Both the position numbers and the translations under genes were made by a program. A DNA stretch of 49,440 nucleotides from a virus (Duplodnaviria; Caudoviricetes), in IMG/VR virus record IMGVR_UViG_3300033076_000596, positions 1-49,440 of that record. One strand, 5' to 3'. How positions within the stretch are numbered: position 1 is the stretch's first letter; each line of letters opens with the position of its first letter. Under the pieces are notes generated by a model. It saw nothing but the letters and a program-made list of their open reading frames with translations, had not been told where the DNA came from and made no database searches. Positions 1 through 9,917 of this stretch are shown here, one piece after another.

Positions 1-550
1 CCGGAATGCCAGCTACAATTATTGGCAACGCAATGTCAGAAACATTTACGCCAGCAATACTGGCTCCGGCGGCAATCGCCGCGCCAATAGGGCCACCCGC
101 AAGCAAGCCCAGCGCAGCGTCCCCAAGCACGTCAGCAATCTGCCCAAGCACGCTCTTGTTAAATTTTTCGTTGGCAATTGTTGAGTATCTATTTGAATTT
201 GGCGGGACAATCTGAATGTCCCAGCTTGCCTTATTGCCACCCTTACTGGTCAGTGCTTTCGCTGCATCAATCGCAGCAAGAGCGCCTTCATACCCGGTAC
301 CTTCGTAGGCGACCTTTCCAGTTGAGTAATCAACCAAACGGATTGGCGTTGTCGGCGTGACAACAAATTGGTTGTTACCAAACTGAGAAGTTGGATTGCC
401 CTTGTTAGACAATGGCGCTGTAAAGTAGCGATATTCAGGCGTGCCTGCGATGATCGACCCATAAGGTCCAGAGTTCGGCACGATGATGCCACCGCTCGGG
501 CTGTAGTTTCCGATGCCGGAGATTACGCCGATGTCTTCTAGGTCAGCCAT
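1..550 (-). CDS. Partial CDS running off the window; putative internal virion/ejection protein
   Basis: Not in the ORF track. Manual translation from ATG 550 (MADLEDIGVISGIGNYSPSGG...LGLLAGGPIGAAIAAGASIAG...) stays open to base 1. It has a Gly/Ala hydrophobic stretch and lies after the nozzle-like gene, where podoviruses place ejected proteins. Confidence 0.6.
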   Translation of the reverse strand, partial: MADLEDIGVISGIGNYSPSGGIIVPNSGPYGSIIAGTPEYRYFTAPLSNKGNPTSQFGNNQFVVTPTTPIRLVDYSTGKVAYEGTGYEGALAAIDAAKALTSKGGNKASWDIQIVPPNSNRYSTIANEKFNKSVLGQIADVLGDAALGLLAGGPIGAAIAAGASIAGVNVSDIALPIIVAGIP

Positions 551-552
551 CC

Positions 553-792
553 CTACGTCCCCTGATTAATAATCTGGTTGAACCGCATCGCCCACTCTCT
601 CCAATCAGAGAACTGATAGGGATCAGGCGCGCCTACTGCCGCAATCCCGTTCAGTGACAATAACCCAGCCGCCCAGTTTTGCCAATCGCTATCATCAATG
701 ATGGTGGCAATGGCGCCATACCGCTCCAAGTCCGGGTAGGAATAGTCCGCCCAGTCCCTGAATGTATCGATAAAGCGCGGGTCCACCGTCAT
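553..792 (-). CDS. Small Trp-rich hypothetical protein, probably virion-associated
   Basis: 79 aa; 4-nt overlap with the upstream gene; lies in the tail operon. Confidence 0.65.
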   Translation of the reverse strand: MTVDPRFIDTFRDWADYSYPDLERYGAIATIIDDSDWQNWAAGLLSLNGIAAVGAPDPYQFSDWREWAMRFNQIINQGT

Positions 793-2411
793 GACTGGTA
801 CCTGCCATCTGCCACTTCGACGTGGACCACGACCTGACCCATTTGATAGTCCCCGCCAACCGTGTTGCTCTCAAAGCGGAAGCGCAGTTCGCGGCGCTGT
901 TCCTTGAAGAACACCTGCTGTTCGTAGGGTTCTGTCGCCACTGCCGGGAATATCTTAACAGGGCCACGCACCTCAGGCGCGCGTGCGTTGATACGGCCCG
1001 TGATCTGGACGGACATGTCACCAGACTGCACGAAGTCAGGCTCGATCATCTCGATACGGATGGCACGGTTCTTGGGTTCTTCTGCCGTGAGGAGAGAGAT
1101 GTCGCCCGTCTCAAAGTAAGACTGCACCGCGTTGATGCTGCTGCCGTCGATCTGGTCCACGCCATATTCGTGCTGCCAAATCTTATACGTTGTCAGGCCA
1201 TCATTGGTAATACGGAAGTCGCCTTCCTGCGTGATGCGGGAATCGCCAGCTTCTGTGATGCGCAGGTTGCTGGCAGGCGGTTGGATCGGCTCGATGCCGG
1301 CGAGCAGCGGAGACTGATACACCTGTGCGTAAATTCCGGCAGAGCGACCGCCATTCGGCAGCTCGCAGTCGTACCATGTATTCTCGCGGAAGTTATAGAT
1401 GATGGCGTGCGTGCATTCTGTTGCCTGACCACGCGGATAGCACCACCAAATCTCACCGAAGCGAGGCACCTTGTATGCGAAGATCTTGTTCGCGGCTTGG
1501 AAGTTCAGACCATCAAAGAAGTAGTTGATGTTCATGTTGTTTTCGACTTCGCGAACGACGCCGTTGTACATCAGGAAACGGTCAAGCCCGATCCAGAAGT
1601 AGATACCATCATACTCGATGATGCTGTTGGTCGCGAGAACCGACGTAGAAGCCGTCACAGTGTCGAAGCGGAACACATCGATGCCGCCCGTGTATGTACA
1701 GCGGATGAGGCTGTCGAGCGTCCAGAACAGGCCAGCAGGGGACTGACCGCCGCCACGCAGGGGCAGGCCCTTGATGAGCTTTGAGCTGCTGATGTACGCA
1801 TCGCCTGCGTCACCAGTGCTGAAGTTCGACGGATCGTTTACGTCAGACCAGCGCACGTATCCGTTCTTGCAGAGCAGGAATAGGTACGGGTGCAGCACCA
1901 CGATGTTGCCGCACGTCTCAATCTGCTCACCAGTTGTCGGGTCCACGAGCTGCTGCAGCGGCGCTGTGCCGTAGATGTCGCCGTAATAGACAGGCTTTTC
2001 CGTACCGTCCGAGATGTCGTCCAGCGTGAGCGTGCCGTTCGCCAGCAGAATCGTCGAGCCGCCAGCCGAGTCGAACATGGAGTCGAAGTTCCACTGGTAC
2101 TGACTGTTGGCCGTGAAGCCCAGAGGCGTGCGGTCTGTCGGCGCGCTGGTGTTGCCGAACTGATCAATCGTAAAAGCCTGCACACCCTCAGAATGACCGA
2201 CGCTGGTATAGACCAGATTGTTCAGGGCCTGCGTGTAGAACTGACGGACGACGCCCGAGATGTAATTGTTGATCGAGCGATAGCCGCCGATCTTACGCGG
2301 CAGCCCGCGCTGAAACCGCACCCACTGACCATCGACGTAATAGTCACCCTCGAAACGAGTACCATCGCGCTTGATGCCGGGCTTCGATTTCAAGTTCACG
2401 GGAATCAGCAT
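789..2411 (-). CDS. Putative tail nozzle / DNA stabilization protein (P22 gp10-like position)
   Basis: 540 aa, beta-rich, with propeller-like segments (VRWSD..., GIYFWIG..FLMYNG, EIWWCYP); position in the tail module. Confidence 0.6.
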   Translation of the reverse strand: MLIPVNLKSKPGIKRDGTRFEGDYYVDGQWVRFQRGLPRKIGGYRSINNYISGVVRQFYTQALNNLVYTSVGHSEGVQAFTIDQFGNTSAPTDRTPLGFTANSQYQWNFDSMFDSAGGSTILLANGTLTLDDISDGTEKPVYYGDIYGTAPLQQLVDPTTGEQIETCGNIVVLHPYLFLLCKNGYVRWSDVNDPSNFSTGDAGDAYISSSKLIKGLPLRGGGQSPAGLFWTLDSLIRCTYTGGIDVFRFDTVTASTSVLATNSIIEYDGIYFWIGLDRFLMYNGVVREVENNMNINYFFDGLNFQAANKIFAYKVPRFGEIWWCYPRGQATECTHAIIYNFRENTWYDCELPNGGRSAGIYAQVYQSPLLAGIEPIQPPASNLRITEAGDSRITQEGDFRITNDGLTTYKIWQHEYGVDQIDGSSINAVQSYFETGDISLLTAEEPKNRAIRIEMIEPDFVQSGDMSVQITGRINARAPEVRGPVKIFPAVATEPYEQQVFFKEQRRELRFRFESNTVGGDYQMGQVVVHVEVADGRYQS

Positions 2412-2416
2412 CGCGA

Positions 2417-3103
2417 TTACACCTGTAAATAATAGACGATGGTGATGTTCCCATCGCCAGTTGCGCTGATGGGGTACGTTCCCCCCGGTGTCACTGGAAC
2501 ATTGTTATATGTTGTTGGTGTTGCAGGGACACCCACACCGCCAGCAAATGTGTAACCAAATCCAGTTGTTGCCGCGCCGTCAACCTGAGGAATAAACTTG
2601 TCAATACGCCCAACACTGTAAGCAACCGCCGCTTGATTCATGGGCGGCCAGAAGTTTGTCCAGCCATCGCCTACTTTTGTTTTTGGGCCATTCGGGCCGA
2701 TTGTTGTAACACGACAAAGGTAGCTGAAGTCTTCCTGATAATAGTATGGAGGGTCAAGCAAGTCATACGTGCGGGTACTCCAGCTTACATTAGCTTGAGA
2801 TCCATTTGTGCCAGTTGGGAACGCATCCCATTGGGTCTGAGCAAAATCTACTACTTCATTACGATCCAGATTATACTGATTGTATTGCGGCACATAAGCT
2901 AGACGCTCCTCATTCCCAGCCAGAGGTGTCCAATAAGCGGCAGCGCCATCTTGACCTTTTCCAGTAACAGTTAATAAATTTGTAACTCCAGCGGGCGCAA
3001 TCCATGTTGTTTGCAAAGTCTGCTGAACGCGATAAATCGTCGGGTTACCAGTGAGTCCGTATCCTCTTGCGCTGCCGGCAGATCGCGTCAGAATAGTGGG
3101 CAT
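2417..3103 (-). CDS. Putative tail-fibre tip / receptor-binding accessory protein
   Basis: N-terminus MPTILTRSAGSARGYG, then TWIAPAGVT and a VPVTPGGTYPI C-terminus; directly follows a fibre gene. Confidence 0.55.
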   Translation of the reverse strand: MPTILTRSAGSARGYGLTGNPTIYRVQQTLQTTWIAPAGVTNLLTVTGKGQDGAAAYWTPLAGNEERLAYVPQYNQYNLDRNEVVDFAQTQWDAFPTGTNGSQANVSWSTRTYDLLDPPYYYQEDFSYLCRVTTIGPNGPKTKVGDGWTNFWPPMNQAAVAYSVGRIDKFIPQVDGAATTGFGYTFAGGVGVPATPTTYNNVPVTPGGTYPISATGDGNITIVYYLQV

Positions 3104-3113
3104 TGCCTATTCC

Positions 3114-4904
3114 TTATGCAAAGCGAACTTGAGATGCGAGTACCGTAAAGGCTGCGCTTCCCGTTTTGATCACCGTGTATGTGTAAATGTCGATGCTGTT
3201 TGGGTTGCCGGCGCTAGGGACAACGCCGTTTTGCCACACCGTCGTCACGCCAGACGTAGTACCATCGACTTGGATTACGTTATTATAATATGCCGTTGAA
3301 CCCTGCTTAGCCATAAACACAAGAGTCACAGCCTCGCCGGTTGACATAGCCGTATTCATGGTTGTGCCAGACGCCCATGTAAGGTTTACCGTCCAGTTAG
3401 CCGAGGCGTTCGTGGTGTAATAAAGGACCGACTGGGTGGACGGGTAGATCGGGATCGTACCAGTCGCAGCCGTTGCGGACACCGTGACAGGCTCAGTAAT
3501 GTTCCGAGCGATCATCGCCTTGGCGGATGTTGACCCAGTAAAAGTCTGCGTGGCTGTAAACGTGGTTGCGGTAGCGGGAGCTACATAATCTGTTCCAACG
3601 GTCGCTGCGCTGAAAGCCGATGTACCGCTACCTTTAACAAGCCCAGTAATAGTTCCAACACCCGTACCACCCTGAGGCACAGACAAAGGAGTTGTGAGGC
3701 CCGACAGGGATGTGATGTCAGAGTTCGCGCCAGAAGCGGCCGCGCCGATAGCAACACGACCCGCAAGGGCGTCTGCTGCCGTAAAAACAGCAATACCAAC
3801 AGAACTGCCACCCAGATTGACGCGAGCGGTTGATGCGCTTGTCGCACCCGTACCACCCTGTGCAATCGCAAGCGGAAGGCCGACGCCACCCGTCTGAGCT
3901 GGATATACTTCAGTGCCATCGCAATACAGGATGGCGCGTGCGTTCTGAGTTACGTCAACCGGTGTGCCACCCGATGTGCCAATGCCGAGCGTGTAAGCGC
4001 CGGTCGTCTGGTTAGAAACCCAGTATTGCTGCACCGTATTGGGAACTTGAACAACCATGTTGGCGACGAGAGTGCCGGTGAAGTTGTAGGCGATACGGTT
4101 AAGGTTCGCGCCGTTCAGAATGTACGGGCTGGCCTGCCCTGTGAGGTCAATCGAAACATAGTCAAACAGATACTCTGGAGCCTGACCAAACCCAACGGTA
4201 TAGAAGTCAGCGCCATCGCAGATCACAAAGGCGCTATCGCCCGGATTGAAATAGATCGAGCTGTCGCCGTTGATGGTTTCACCACCCGGCGTATCCATAG
4301 TTACAGCGCCTGTGCCGCTGTTACGAACGAGGAAAAACCAGTTATTCCCAGCAGTAACTGCGGAAGGAAGCGTTAGCGTACCTGCGCCACCAGTCCAGTT
4401 AATCACACTGGCACGGTCAGGCAGGCCAACCGCATAGTTAATCGCCAGATTCGTGACCGGGGCCGATTGGTTCAGCGTGCTGGTAATTGCCACGATGCCG
4501 TAGCCAGCCAGAGCGCCTGCAGTCGCAGAAGAAGCGCCTGCACCGAACTGCACAGAGCGCCACGTTCCGGCAACCGTGCCGTTGTCTGTCAAGTAAATCT
4601 GCCAAGCTAGACCCGGAGAAACCGAAACGATGGCGTTGCCCGCGTTGTCGTTTACGGTGAAGGCATGAGCGCCGACGTTAAAGAACAGTGCCGTCTGACC
4701 CACGCTAACCTGATTGGCAGGCGGCATGGTGATGACGCGGCCAGATGCGTTGGGTGTAACGTCCATGATCTTGGCAACGACGTTCGCGTCAGTCGCCATT
4801 TCAATCGGCCACGAAAGCGTGACGTTGGCCGTAAGAGCAATGGACCTATAGGAAGGCTCAGCCGAATAAATGTTCGTGCCGCCAAATGTCTGGACGAAGG
4901 TCAC
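3114..4904 (-). CDS. Tail fibre protein
   Basis: 596 aa, Gly/Thr/Ala-rich, with GGTG repeats (LAIAQGGTGAT, LSVPQGGTG); follows an adaptor-like gene. Confidence 0.75.
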   Translation of the reverse strand: MTFVQTFGGTNIYSAEPSYRSIALTANVTLSWPIEMATDANVVAKIMDVTPNASGRVITMPPANQVSVGQTALFFNVGAHAFTVNDNAGNAIVSVSPGLAWQIYLTDNGTVAGTWRSVQFGAGASSATAGALAGYGIVAITSTLNQSAPVTNLAINYAVGLPDRASVINWTGGAGTLTLPSAVTAGNNWFFLVRNSGTGAVTMDTPGGETINGDSSIYFNPGDSAFVICDGADFYTVGFGQAPEYLFDYVSIDLTGQASPYILNGANLNRIAYNFTGTLVANMVVQVPNTVQQYWVSNQTTGAYTLGIGTSGGTPVDVTQNARAILYCDGTEVYPAQTGGVGLPLAIAQGGTGATSASTARVNLGGSSVGIAVFTAADALAGRVAIGAAASGANSDITSLSGLTTPLSVPQGGTGVGTITGLVKGSGTSAFSAATVGTDYVAPATATTFTATQTFTGSTSAKAMIARNITEPVTVSATAATGTIPIYPSTQSVLYYTTNASANWTVNLTWASGTTMNTAMSTGEAVTLVFMAKQGSTAYYNNVIQVDGTTSGVTTVWQNGVVPSAGNPNSIDIYTYTVIKTGSAAFTVLASQVRFA

Positions 4905-4907
4905 GGA

Positions 4908-5561
4908 TTAGTCCTCCCTGCGAATGATGCCGCGATCCACGACCTGACGTAGATCTTCGCCGTTAATTGCGCTGATGGCGATAGTGTAAAAATCTTTCCA
5001 GACGCCAATCATTTCCTCGTTCTTGAGGAATGGCTGCGCTTCCATGAGCGAACCATAGAGCAGTGCGTCAGGCGCATACTCAGTGAACCAGTTGGTCTGG
5101 GTGTTGTCGTCGAGATACGGAGGCTGCTCGTTGTAGAGGATCTCATACGGATACGCCTCGTCAGGCGTTGGTACGATCAGCCAGTGCTGGTAGTCATAGT
5201 CAGCGTAGAAGCGTGGCTCACCAGTCGTGGTCTGATTGGGCCAGAACGAACGGCAGTATTCATACGAGCGCGGATAAATCTCCTTGCGCGTATTGTTGCC
5301 AGTACCAACACCTGCAAACATACTGACGGTTTCGCGCCAACGGTCAGGCTTGGCATAGACAGCCGTGCCATCAATCATTGTGGAGCTGACAACGCTGATC
5401 GTCCCGACGACCTTGATGTCCCGCTGCAACCGGCGCTCGGCTAGATTGACGAGGTTCGGAAGCTGCTCATAGACAGTCGGGTCAGTCGCGAATGTTGCCC
5501 CGCGCTCGAGGTAAGCGCGAAGGTCATTGAGTAGACTGTTGTATGTCATCGCGACTGGCAT
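4908..5561 (-). CDS. Putative head-tail adaptor / tail tubular protein A-like
   Basis: 217 aa; N-terminal helices, a TGEPRFYA..WLIVPTPD segment and ALLYGSLMEA; typical size and position for a podovirus adaptor. Confidence 0.6.
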   Translation of the reverse strand: MPVAMTYNSLLNDLRAYLERGATFATDPTVYEQLPNLVNLAERRLQRDIKVVGTISVVSSTMIDGTAVYAKPDRWRETVSMFAGVGTGNNTRKEIYPRSYEYCRSFWPNQTTTGEPRFYADYDYQHWLIVPTPDEAYPYEILYNEQPPYLDDNTQTNWFTEYAPDALLYGSLMEAQPFLKNEEMIGVWKDFYTIAISAINGEDLRQVVDRGIIRRED

Positions 5562-5571
5562 GGCGGGAACC

Positions 5572-5760
5572 TTACATCAATTCAGAAATTGCTGCAATCA
5601 AAGCCACAACAGCAGCAACAGCCGCTGCCAGCTTGCCTTTGACGTTCATGAGCTTGACCATCATGGTCGGCTGGACAGGAAGGTTTTCACCGACCACGCC
5701 CTTAGCAGCCTTACCGGCTTCTTTTTTTACAGCCTTAGCTGCCATCTTCTTCAGGTCCAT
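5572..5760 (-). CDS. Small basic protein with hydrophobic C-terminus (lysis region)
   Basis: 62 aa; AGGAGG SD upstream; follows the endolysin. Confidence 0.65.
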   Translation of the reverse strand: MDLKKMAAKAVKKEAGKAAKGVVGENLPVQPTMMVKLMNVKGKLAAAVAAVVALIAAISELM

Positions 5761-5770
5761 AACGGCCTCC

Positions 5771-6382
5771 TTACAACCAAGTAGCGTACTTCTTGGTCTT
5801 CATTTTACGGTCATCCAAACCGTGCGTGCCGCCATTGATGCGCTTTGTCAGAGCAAGAATAGCAGCGTCGTTGATACCCTGATCGCAGATGCCCCACAGC
5901 TTGTTCTTGTCAAAGAACCACAGGGCGCTTTCAAAGCAAAGCTCAGTCGCCACCAAATCAGGATTTGTCATAACCTCTGGGCGGCCAATGTAATCAGCAA
6001 ATGCCTGATACGAAAATTTTCCAGTTAATTGGAGCGCCCCTCGGCCTCGGTACTTCCATCCGTCTCCGCTTCCCTCGTCCCCATTGCCCATGCGATTTGC
6101 ATAGACACGATTGGCAATCTTCTGCGGTTGACGTTCGTAGGCTTTAGCCAGCGCATCAGTCGGGAAATACTTGCCGAAAATGCCACGCAGACCTTTCGCG
6201 CCATAGTTCAGGTTCTCCGAGAACGCTTTGAAGTTACCGCTCTCATGCGCCGTTTGAGCAAAAAAATGAGCAGCGCGATTAGGCGATAGCTTATAGAAAG
6301 CCGCAGCCGCCTTAAGCGTGCCCGGACCGAACGCGCCATCTGCTGTTACTCCAATCTTTTTCTGAAGGTTTACGAGGCTCAT
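5771..6382 (-). CDS. Endolysin, glycoside hydrolase family 19, with short N-terminal peptidoglycan-binding segment
   Basis: GH19 motifs HFFAQTAHES..F...ENLNY, YRGRGALQLTG and TKRINGG; N-terminal LQKKIGVTADGAFGPGT resembles a PG-binding motif. Confidence 0.9.
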   Translation of the reverse strand: MSLVNLQKKIGVTADGAFGPGTLKAAAAFYKLSPNRAAHFFAQTAHESGNFKAFSENLNYGAKGLRGIFGKYFPTDALAKAYERQPQKIANRVYANRMGNGDEGSGDGWKYRGRGALQLTGKFSYQAFADYIGRPEVMTNPDLVATELCFESALWFFDKNKLWGICDQGINDAAILALTKRINGGTHGLDDRKMKTKKYATWL

Positions 6383-6891
6383 TGTGGACCTTTCAGATTA
6401 TCGCGCCATGCCGGGAAATCGTTTTCGTCAACTACGCCATCGCCGTTCAGATCATAGCGCATGTCATTCCGGTACTTTTCCCACGGGGCCATATCGTCGT
6501 CGTCATCGTCATCGACAGCTTCTGTCAGTTCGACAGGATCTGCTACGGGCGCAGCCATAGGGGCGGCGGGGGCCATAGGCTCTGGCTCTGGCTCAGGATC
6601 TGGTTCTACGGCAGGCGGCTCTTCAGGCTTTGCGTCACGAGCGTTGGCATTCAAGCTTAGGCCACCAAGGAGGCCGACGAATGCGCCGACGATGGTGTTG
6701 AATGCGGGGCCGATGATCTCGAAGACCTTATCGCTGTCCACAATGTCGTTCGATACGAACATGCCAGCCACCATAGCGGCAACCACAACAAGGATGACCA
6801 TTGCCAAAGTGGTAACAGCCAAGCGGATCGTGAACTCAATCGTGTCCTCGATGCCGTCCTGCTTGCTTTCAAATCTATCCCAGAAGCTCAT
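6379..6891 (-). CDS. Two-TM membrane protein (holin candidate) with acidic tail and EF-hand/dockerin-like loop
   Basis: Two hydrophobic segments; DLNGDGVVDEND near the C-terminus; overlaps the endolysin start. Confidence 0.6.
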   Translation of the reverse strand: MSFWDRFESKQDGIEDTIEFTIRLAVTTLAMVILVVVAAMVAGMFVSNDIVDSDKVFEIIGPAFNTIVGAFVGLLGGLSLNANARDAKPEEPPAVEPDPEPEPEPMAPAAPMAAPVADPVELTEAVDDDDDDDMAPWEKYRNDMRYDLNGDGVVDENDFPAWRDNLKGPQ

Positions 6892-7409
6892 CAGTTATCC
6901 CTTTCAGCCAGCGGATTAGCTAGGGTTTTCGTAATACGCTCATCAACCTGCTTCTCAAGATCCTTGATACGACGTTGCTGCTCAAGGTCTTGGGCGCGTA
7001 GCTCTTGTATAATAGCACGCTGAGATTGCAATGTCTCCCTCTCTGATACTTGCGTGCGCGCGGTCACTGCGTCAACCGTCTGGCGCGTACTCATGACACT
7101 GCTGCCGACGCTAGAAGACAGCGCCGCGAGGTTATCCGAGAGGTACTTGGTGGTTTCCAAGTTCATCTTAATCATGCGCTCGTTGCTATCTTGCCGCTCC
7201 TTCATCTTGTTGAACTCGTCACCCATAGACGCATAAGTCTCGGTAACTTCCTTCATGGTAAGGAATTGCTGGTAAACCTCGAAGCCAGCCCAAAGGGAAC
7301 CAGCAGCAGTAGACAGAGCAGTGAGAACGACAAATAGCTTGCCGCCAGTAAACTTAATGCCGCCAACTTCAATGGAAGTGCCTTCAGGCTTTTCATCTTC
7401 ATCACTCAT
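6891..7409 (-). CDS. Single-TM coiled-coil protein
   Basis: Probable start MSDEDEK at 7409; TM segment LFVVLTALSTAAGSLWAGF followed by a long heptad-like helix. Confidence 0.65.
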   Translation of the reverse strand: MSDEDEKPEGTSIEVGGIKFTGGKLFVVLTALSTAAGSLWAGFEVYQQFLTMKEVTETYASMGDEFNKMKERQDSNERMIKMNLETTKYLSDNLAALSSSVGSSVMSTRQTVDAVTARTQVSERETLQSQRAIIQELRAQDLEQQRRIKDLEKQVDERITKTLANPLAERDN

Positions 7410-8937
7410 ACTGATCGTCCACCATCTCTTGCCAGCGGGCGTCTTGTCCACTCATCATGCGATATAATGCCATATTCTGGTCAGGAATGCGACGACCTTT
7501 GTAGATGTCGCGCGGCTGATAGAATGGTGCGTCTGGGATACGGGCTTGCGTGTACGCGGAATAGCCAGCCGGTATGGCCGCAAGCTGGGACATTGCTTCA
7601 CTGTCGCCATTGTTTACGTCTCCCACGTCAATGACCTGACCAGCGGCCATCTCACCCTGCATACCCAACAGCTCCATCTGCTGCGCCTGACCAGATGGTG
7701 TTGTCGTATCGCTGCCAATAACTGTTGTGATCACAGGCGCGAATGTCGGCCCTTCTGTCGGGACTATAGCGTATGTCTCTGCAACCGTTTCTGTGGTCGT
7801 CTGCTCGCCATACTGCGCAGCGTACTGAGCATCGGCCTGAGCCACGAATGCTACGCTCTGGAGGCTGGCTTGCAGGACTGTTTCACGTGAAAACAAGTCC
7901 GCCTCCTCTACCGCCTCGCGCTGGAAGAACTCTACGTTGCGATCACGTCGCGCCTCACCCGCGATAGCAATCGTCTGATCCGGCCCTGACTGCTGCTGTT
8001 GCTGCTCGACACGTGCCGCTTCTGCCGCCTCAGCTTCTGCTGCAACGGCTTCAGTTGCTTGCGCTACGTCTTCTTCCGTCGGCGCACTTGACGCTTCAAT
8101 AGCAGACATAGCTTCAAGCTGATCTGGGCTTAACGGCTCGTCGTTTGCATCCTCAGCCTGCTCTTCATCCTCCTGCTCAACGATGTCGTCAGAAACTATG
8201 TCCTCTTCTGGCACAGTCTCTTCAACCATTTCAGAAACCACTTCCGCCTCTGCGGCAGGTTCCTCGACAACAACCTCCTCCTGAACAGGCTCAGGTTCGT
8301 TTTGCAAAACTGTTTCTGTTGGATCGGGTGCAACATCGGGTGCTGGATCAACTGCGTCAGGGACAGGAACAACAGGCTCTGGCTCTGGAGCTGGCGCAGG
8401 ATTGTCAAACGAAAGGCTAACACGATCAATCTGTGGGCCATACGGACCAGCCCAGAAGCCCACGTCTTGCCCGGTGAAGGTTATTGTGGCTGCGTCAAAA
8501 GCAGAGGCAGTGCCAGTGAAAGAGAAGACAGAGTAGTTTGGCTGGTATCCCTGCACGCTTAACAGAGGAACCGACTGCACAGGTTCACCGCCCAGATACA
8601 GATTAAGGTTGGCTGTTAGCCAATCAACCGGGCCGTTAGGGTTTGTGCAATAGCCGCCAATGCTGTTGTTGCAGGGCAGTCGATACTCAAAGCCAACGAT
8701 GAAGCCCGTGTAATTAGCTTGCGTAGTCACTGTCTGCTGCACAACACCAGTCGCATAAGAGAAAACGTAGCAGTACCCACCAGCCGGTCCGCAGCCGTCA
8801 TAGACACCACCGGGGCCACTCTCAGACCAACCAGCTAGGCCCTGCTGGAAGCCGCCATTAACTAGCAAGTTATCTTGCGCCGCGAGGGGCGTAGAGATTA
8901 GCGCCGCGAGGAGCGCTTGGGCTTGTTTTCTTCCCAT
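7402..8937 (-). CDS. Secreted protein with carbohydrate-binding-like N-domain and acidic Pro/Glu linker
   Basis: Probable start MGRKQAQALLAALISTPLAA (signal-peptide-like), then NLLVNGGF...GPQIDRVSL and a long Glu-rich region. Confidence 0.65.
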   Translation of the reverse strand: MGRKQAQALLAALISTPLAAQDNLLVNGGFQQGLAGWSESGPGGVYDGCGPAGGYCYVFSYATGVVQQTVTTQANYTGFIVGFEYRLPCNNSIGGYCTNPNGPVDWLTANLNLYLGGEPVQSVPLLSVQGYQPNYSVFSFTGTASAFDAATITFTGQDVGFWAGPYGPQIDRVSLSFDNPAPAPEPEPVVPVPDAVDPAPDVAPDPTETVLQNEPEPVQEEVVVEEPAAEAEVVSEMVEETVPEEDIVSDDIVEQEDEEQAEDANDEPLSPDQLEAMSAIEASSAPTEEDVAQATEAVAAEAEAAEAARVEQQQQQSGPDQTIAIAGEARRDRNVEFFQREAVEEADLFSRETVLQASLQSVAFVAQADAQYAAQYGEQTTTETVAETYAIVPTEGPTFAPVITTVIGSDTTTPSGQAQQMELLGMQGEMAAGQVIDVGDVNNGDSEAMSQLAAIPAGYSAYTQARIPDAPFYQPRDIYKGRRIPDQNMALYRMMSGQDARWQEMVDDQYE

Positions 8938-9917
8938 GCTGCAGCAGCCTCTTTGCCGATCTTGCCTTGATACGGGCAAGGTGTGCCAGCCATGTTCATG
9001 GCGTTAAACACGCGCTCATCCTGACACAGCAACGATACAGCGGCAACGCGCATCCCCATATCGTAGAGCGTCTTGGATAGCTTCAGGGCTTCGCAGTTCT
9101 TGTCGCGGATGGTCTTGCCGCCCGAGATGCCGAGGATTTGCGTCTGCACAGCGCCTGACACGCCTGTCGTGCAGAGATCCTGCGAATAGCTCATCATGCT
9201 GGGGGCAATCGCCGAGGGCGGCGGAGATGTAATCTTCTGCGTCACGCTCTGGTTGGATTGGCTTTCGCTGTAACTTTTGCTGTCCGACACGTTGACGTTG
9301 TTGTTCTGGTTGACGCTACGGCTATCAGACGTACTGCTCGACACGCTCTGGTTCACGTTCGTGTTTACCGAGCGGCTGTCATTGATGTTGGTGTTAAGGT
9401 TTGTCGACGTACTCTCGCTGGTAGATACGTTGGTATTGAGATTGGTCGACGTGCTGGTCGCCACGCTGTCGTTGAAGTTACGGTTCGTATTCAGGTTGGT
9501 TGACGTAGACGTACTCTCATTCACGTTGCGATTAGTGTTCAGGTTGGTGCTGTTCACCGTGCTTGCGTTCACGCTGTTTATCGACTGGTTTATGGTGCTG
9601 GTCGAAACGTCGGTGTTGAAGTTGTTGTTGGTCGCGGTGATGGTGGACGTATTCTGGTTGATGTTCGTCGCGGTCCCAGACTGCACGTTATAGTTCGTGT
9701 TGGTCGACGTTGCTGTGCTGGTCGACGTGTTCACGTTATTGTTGTTGTTAGTCGCCGTCGACGTGCTGGTGGACGTGCTGGTGTTTACGTTGGTGTTGGT
9801 ATTGGTGCTGGTGGCGGTGCTGTTCGTCGTCGTGTCATAGACGTAGTTGGTCGACTGAGCGACCGCCAAGCTAGACCACCCTACTGCTACGAGAACAAGA
9901 AACCGCCTATTTACCAC
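8898..9917 (-). CDS. Secreted Asn/Thr/Ser-repeat protein with C-terminal four-Cys domain
   Basis: Signal peptide ending AVA-Q; TSTSTNLNTN repeats; C-terminal domain with 4 Cys. Confidence 0.75.
   Translation of the reverse strand: MVNRRFLVLVAVGWSSLAVAQSTNYVYDTTTNSTATSTNTNTNVNTSTSTSTSTATNNNNNVNTSTSTATSTNTNYNVQSGTATNINQNTSTITATNNNFNTDVSTSTINQSINSVNASTVNSTNLNTNRNVNESTSTSTNLNTNRNFNDSVATSTSTNLNTNVSTSESTSTNLNTNINDSRSVNTNVNQSVSSSTSDSRSVNQNNNVNVSDSKSYSESQSNQSVTQKITSPPPSAIAPSMMSYSQDLCTTGVSGAVQTQILGISGGKTIRDKNCEALKLSKTLYDMGMRVAAVSLLCQDERVFNAMNMAGTPCPYQGKIGKEAAAAWEENKPKRSSRR

Noticed and set aside
822-1784. Long plus-strand ORFs opposite structural genes (also 22458..23222 and others)
   Set aside because: Antisense shadows of GC-biased coding genes, with no protein-like features or RBS.
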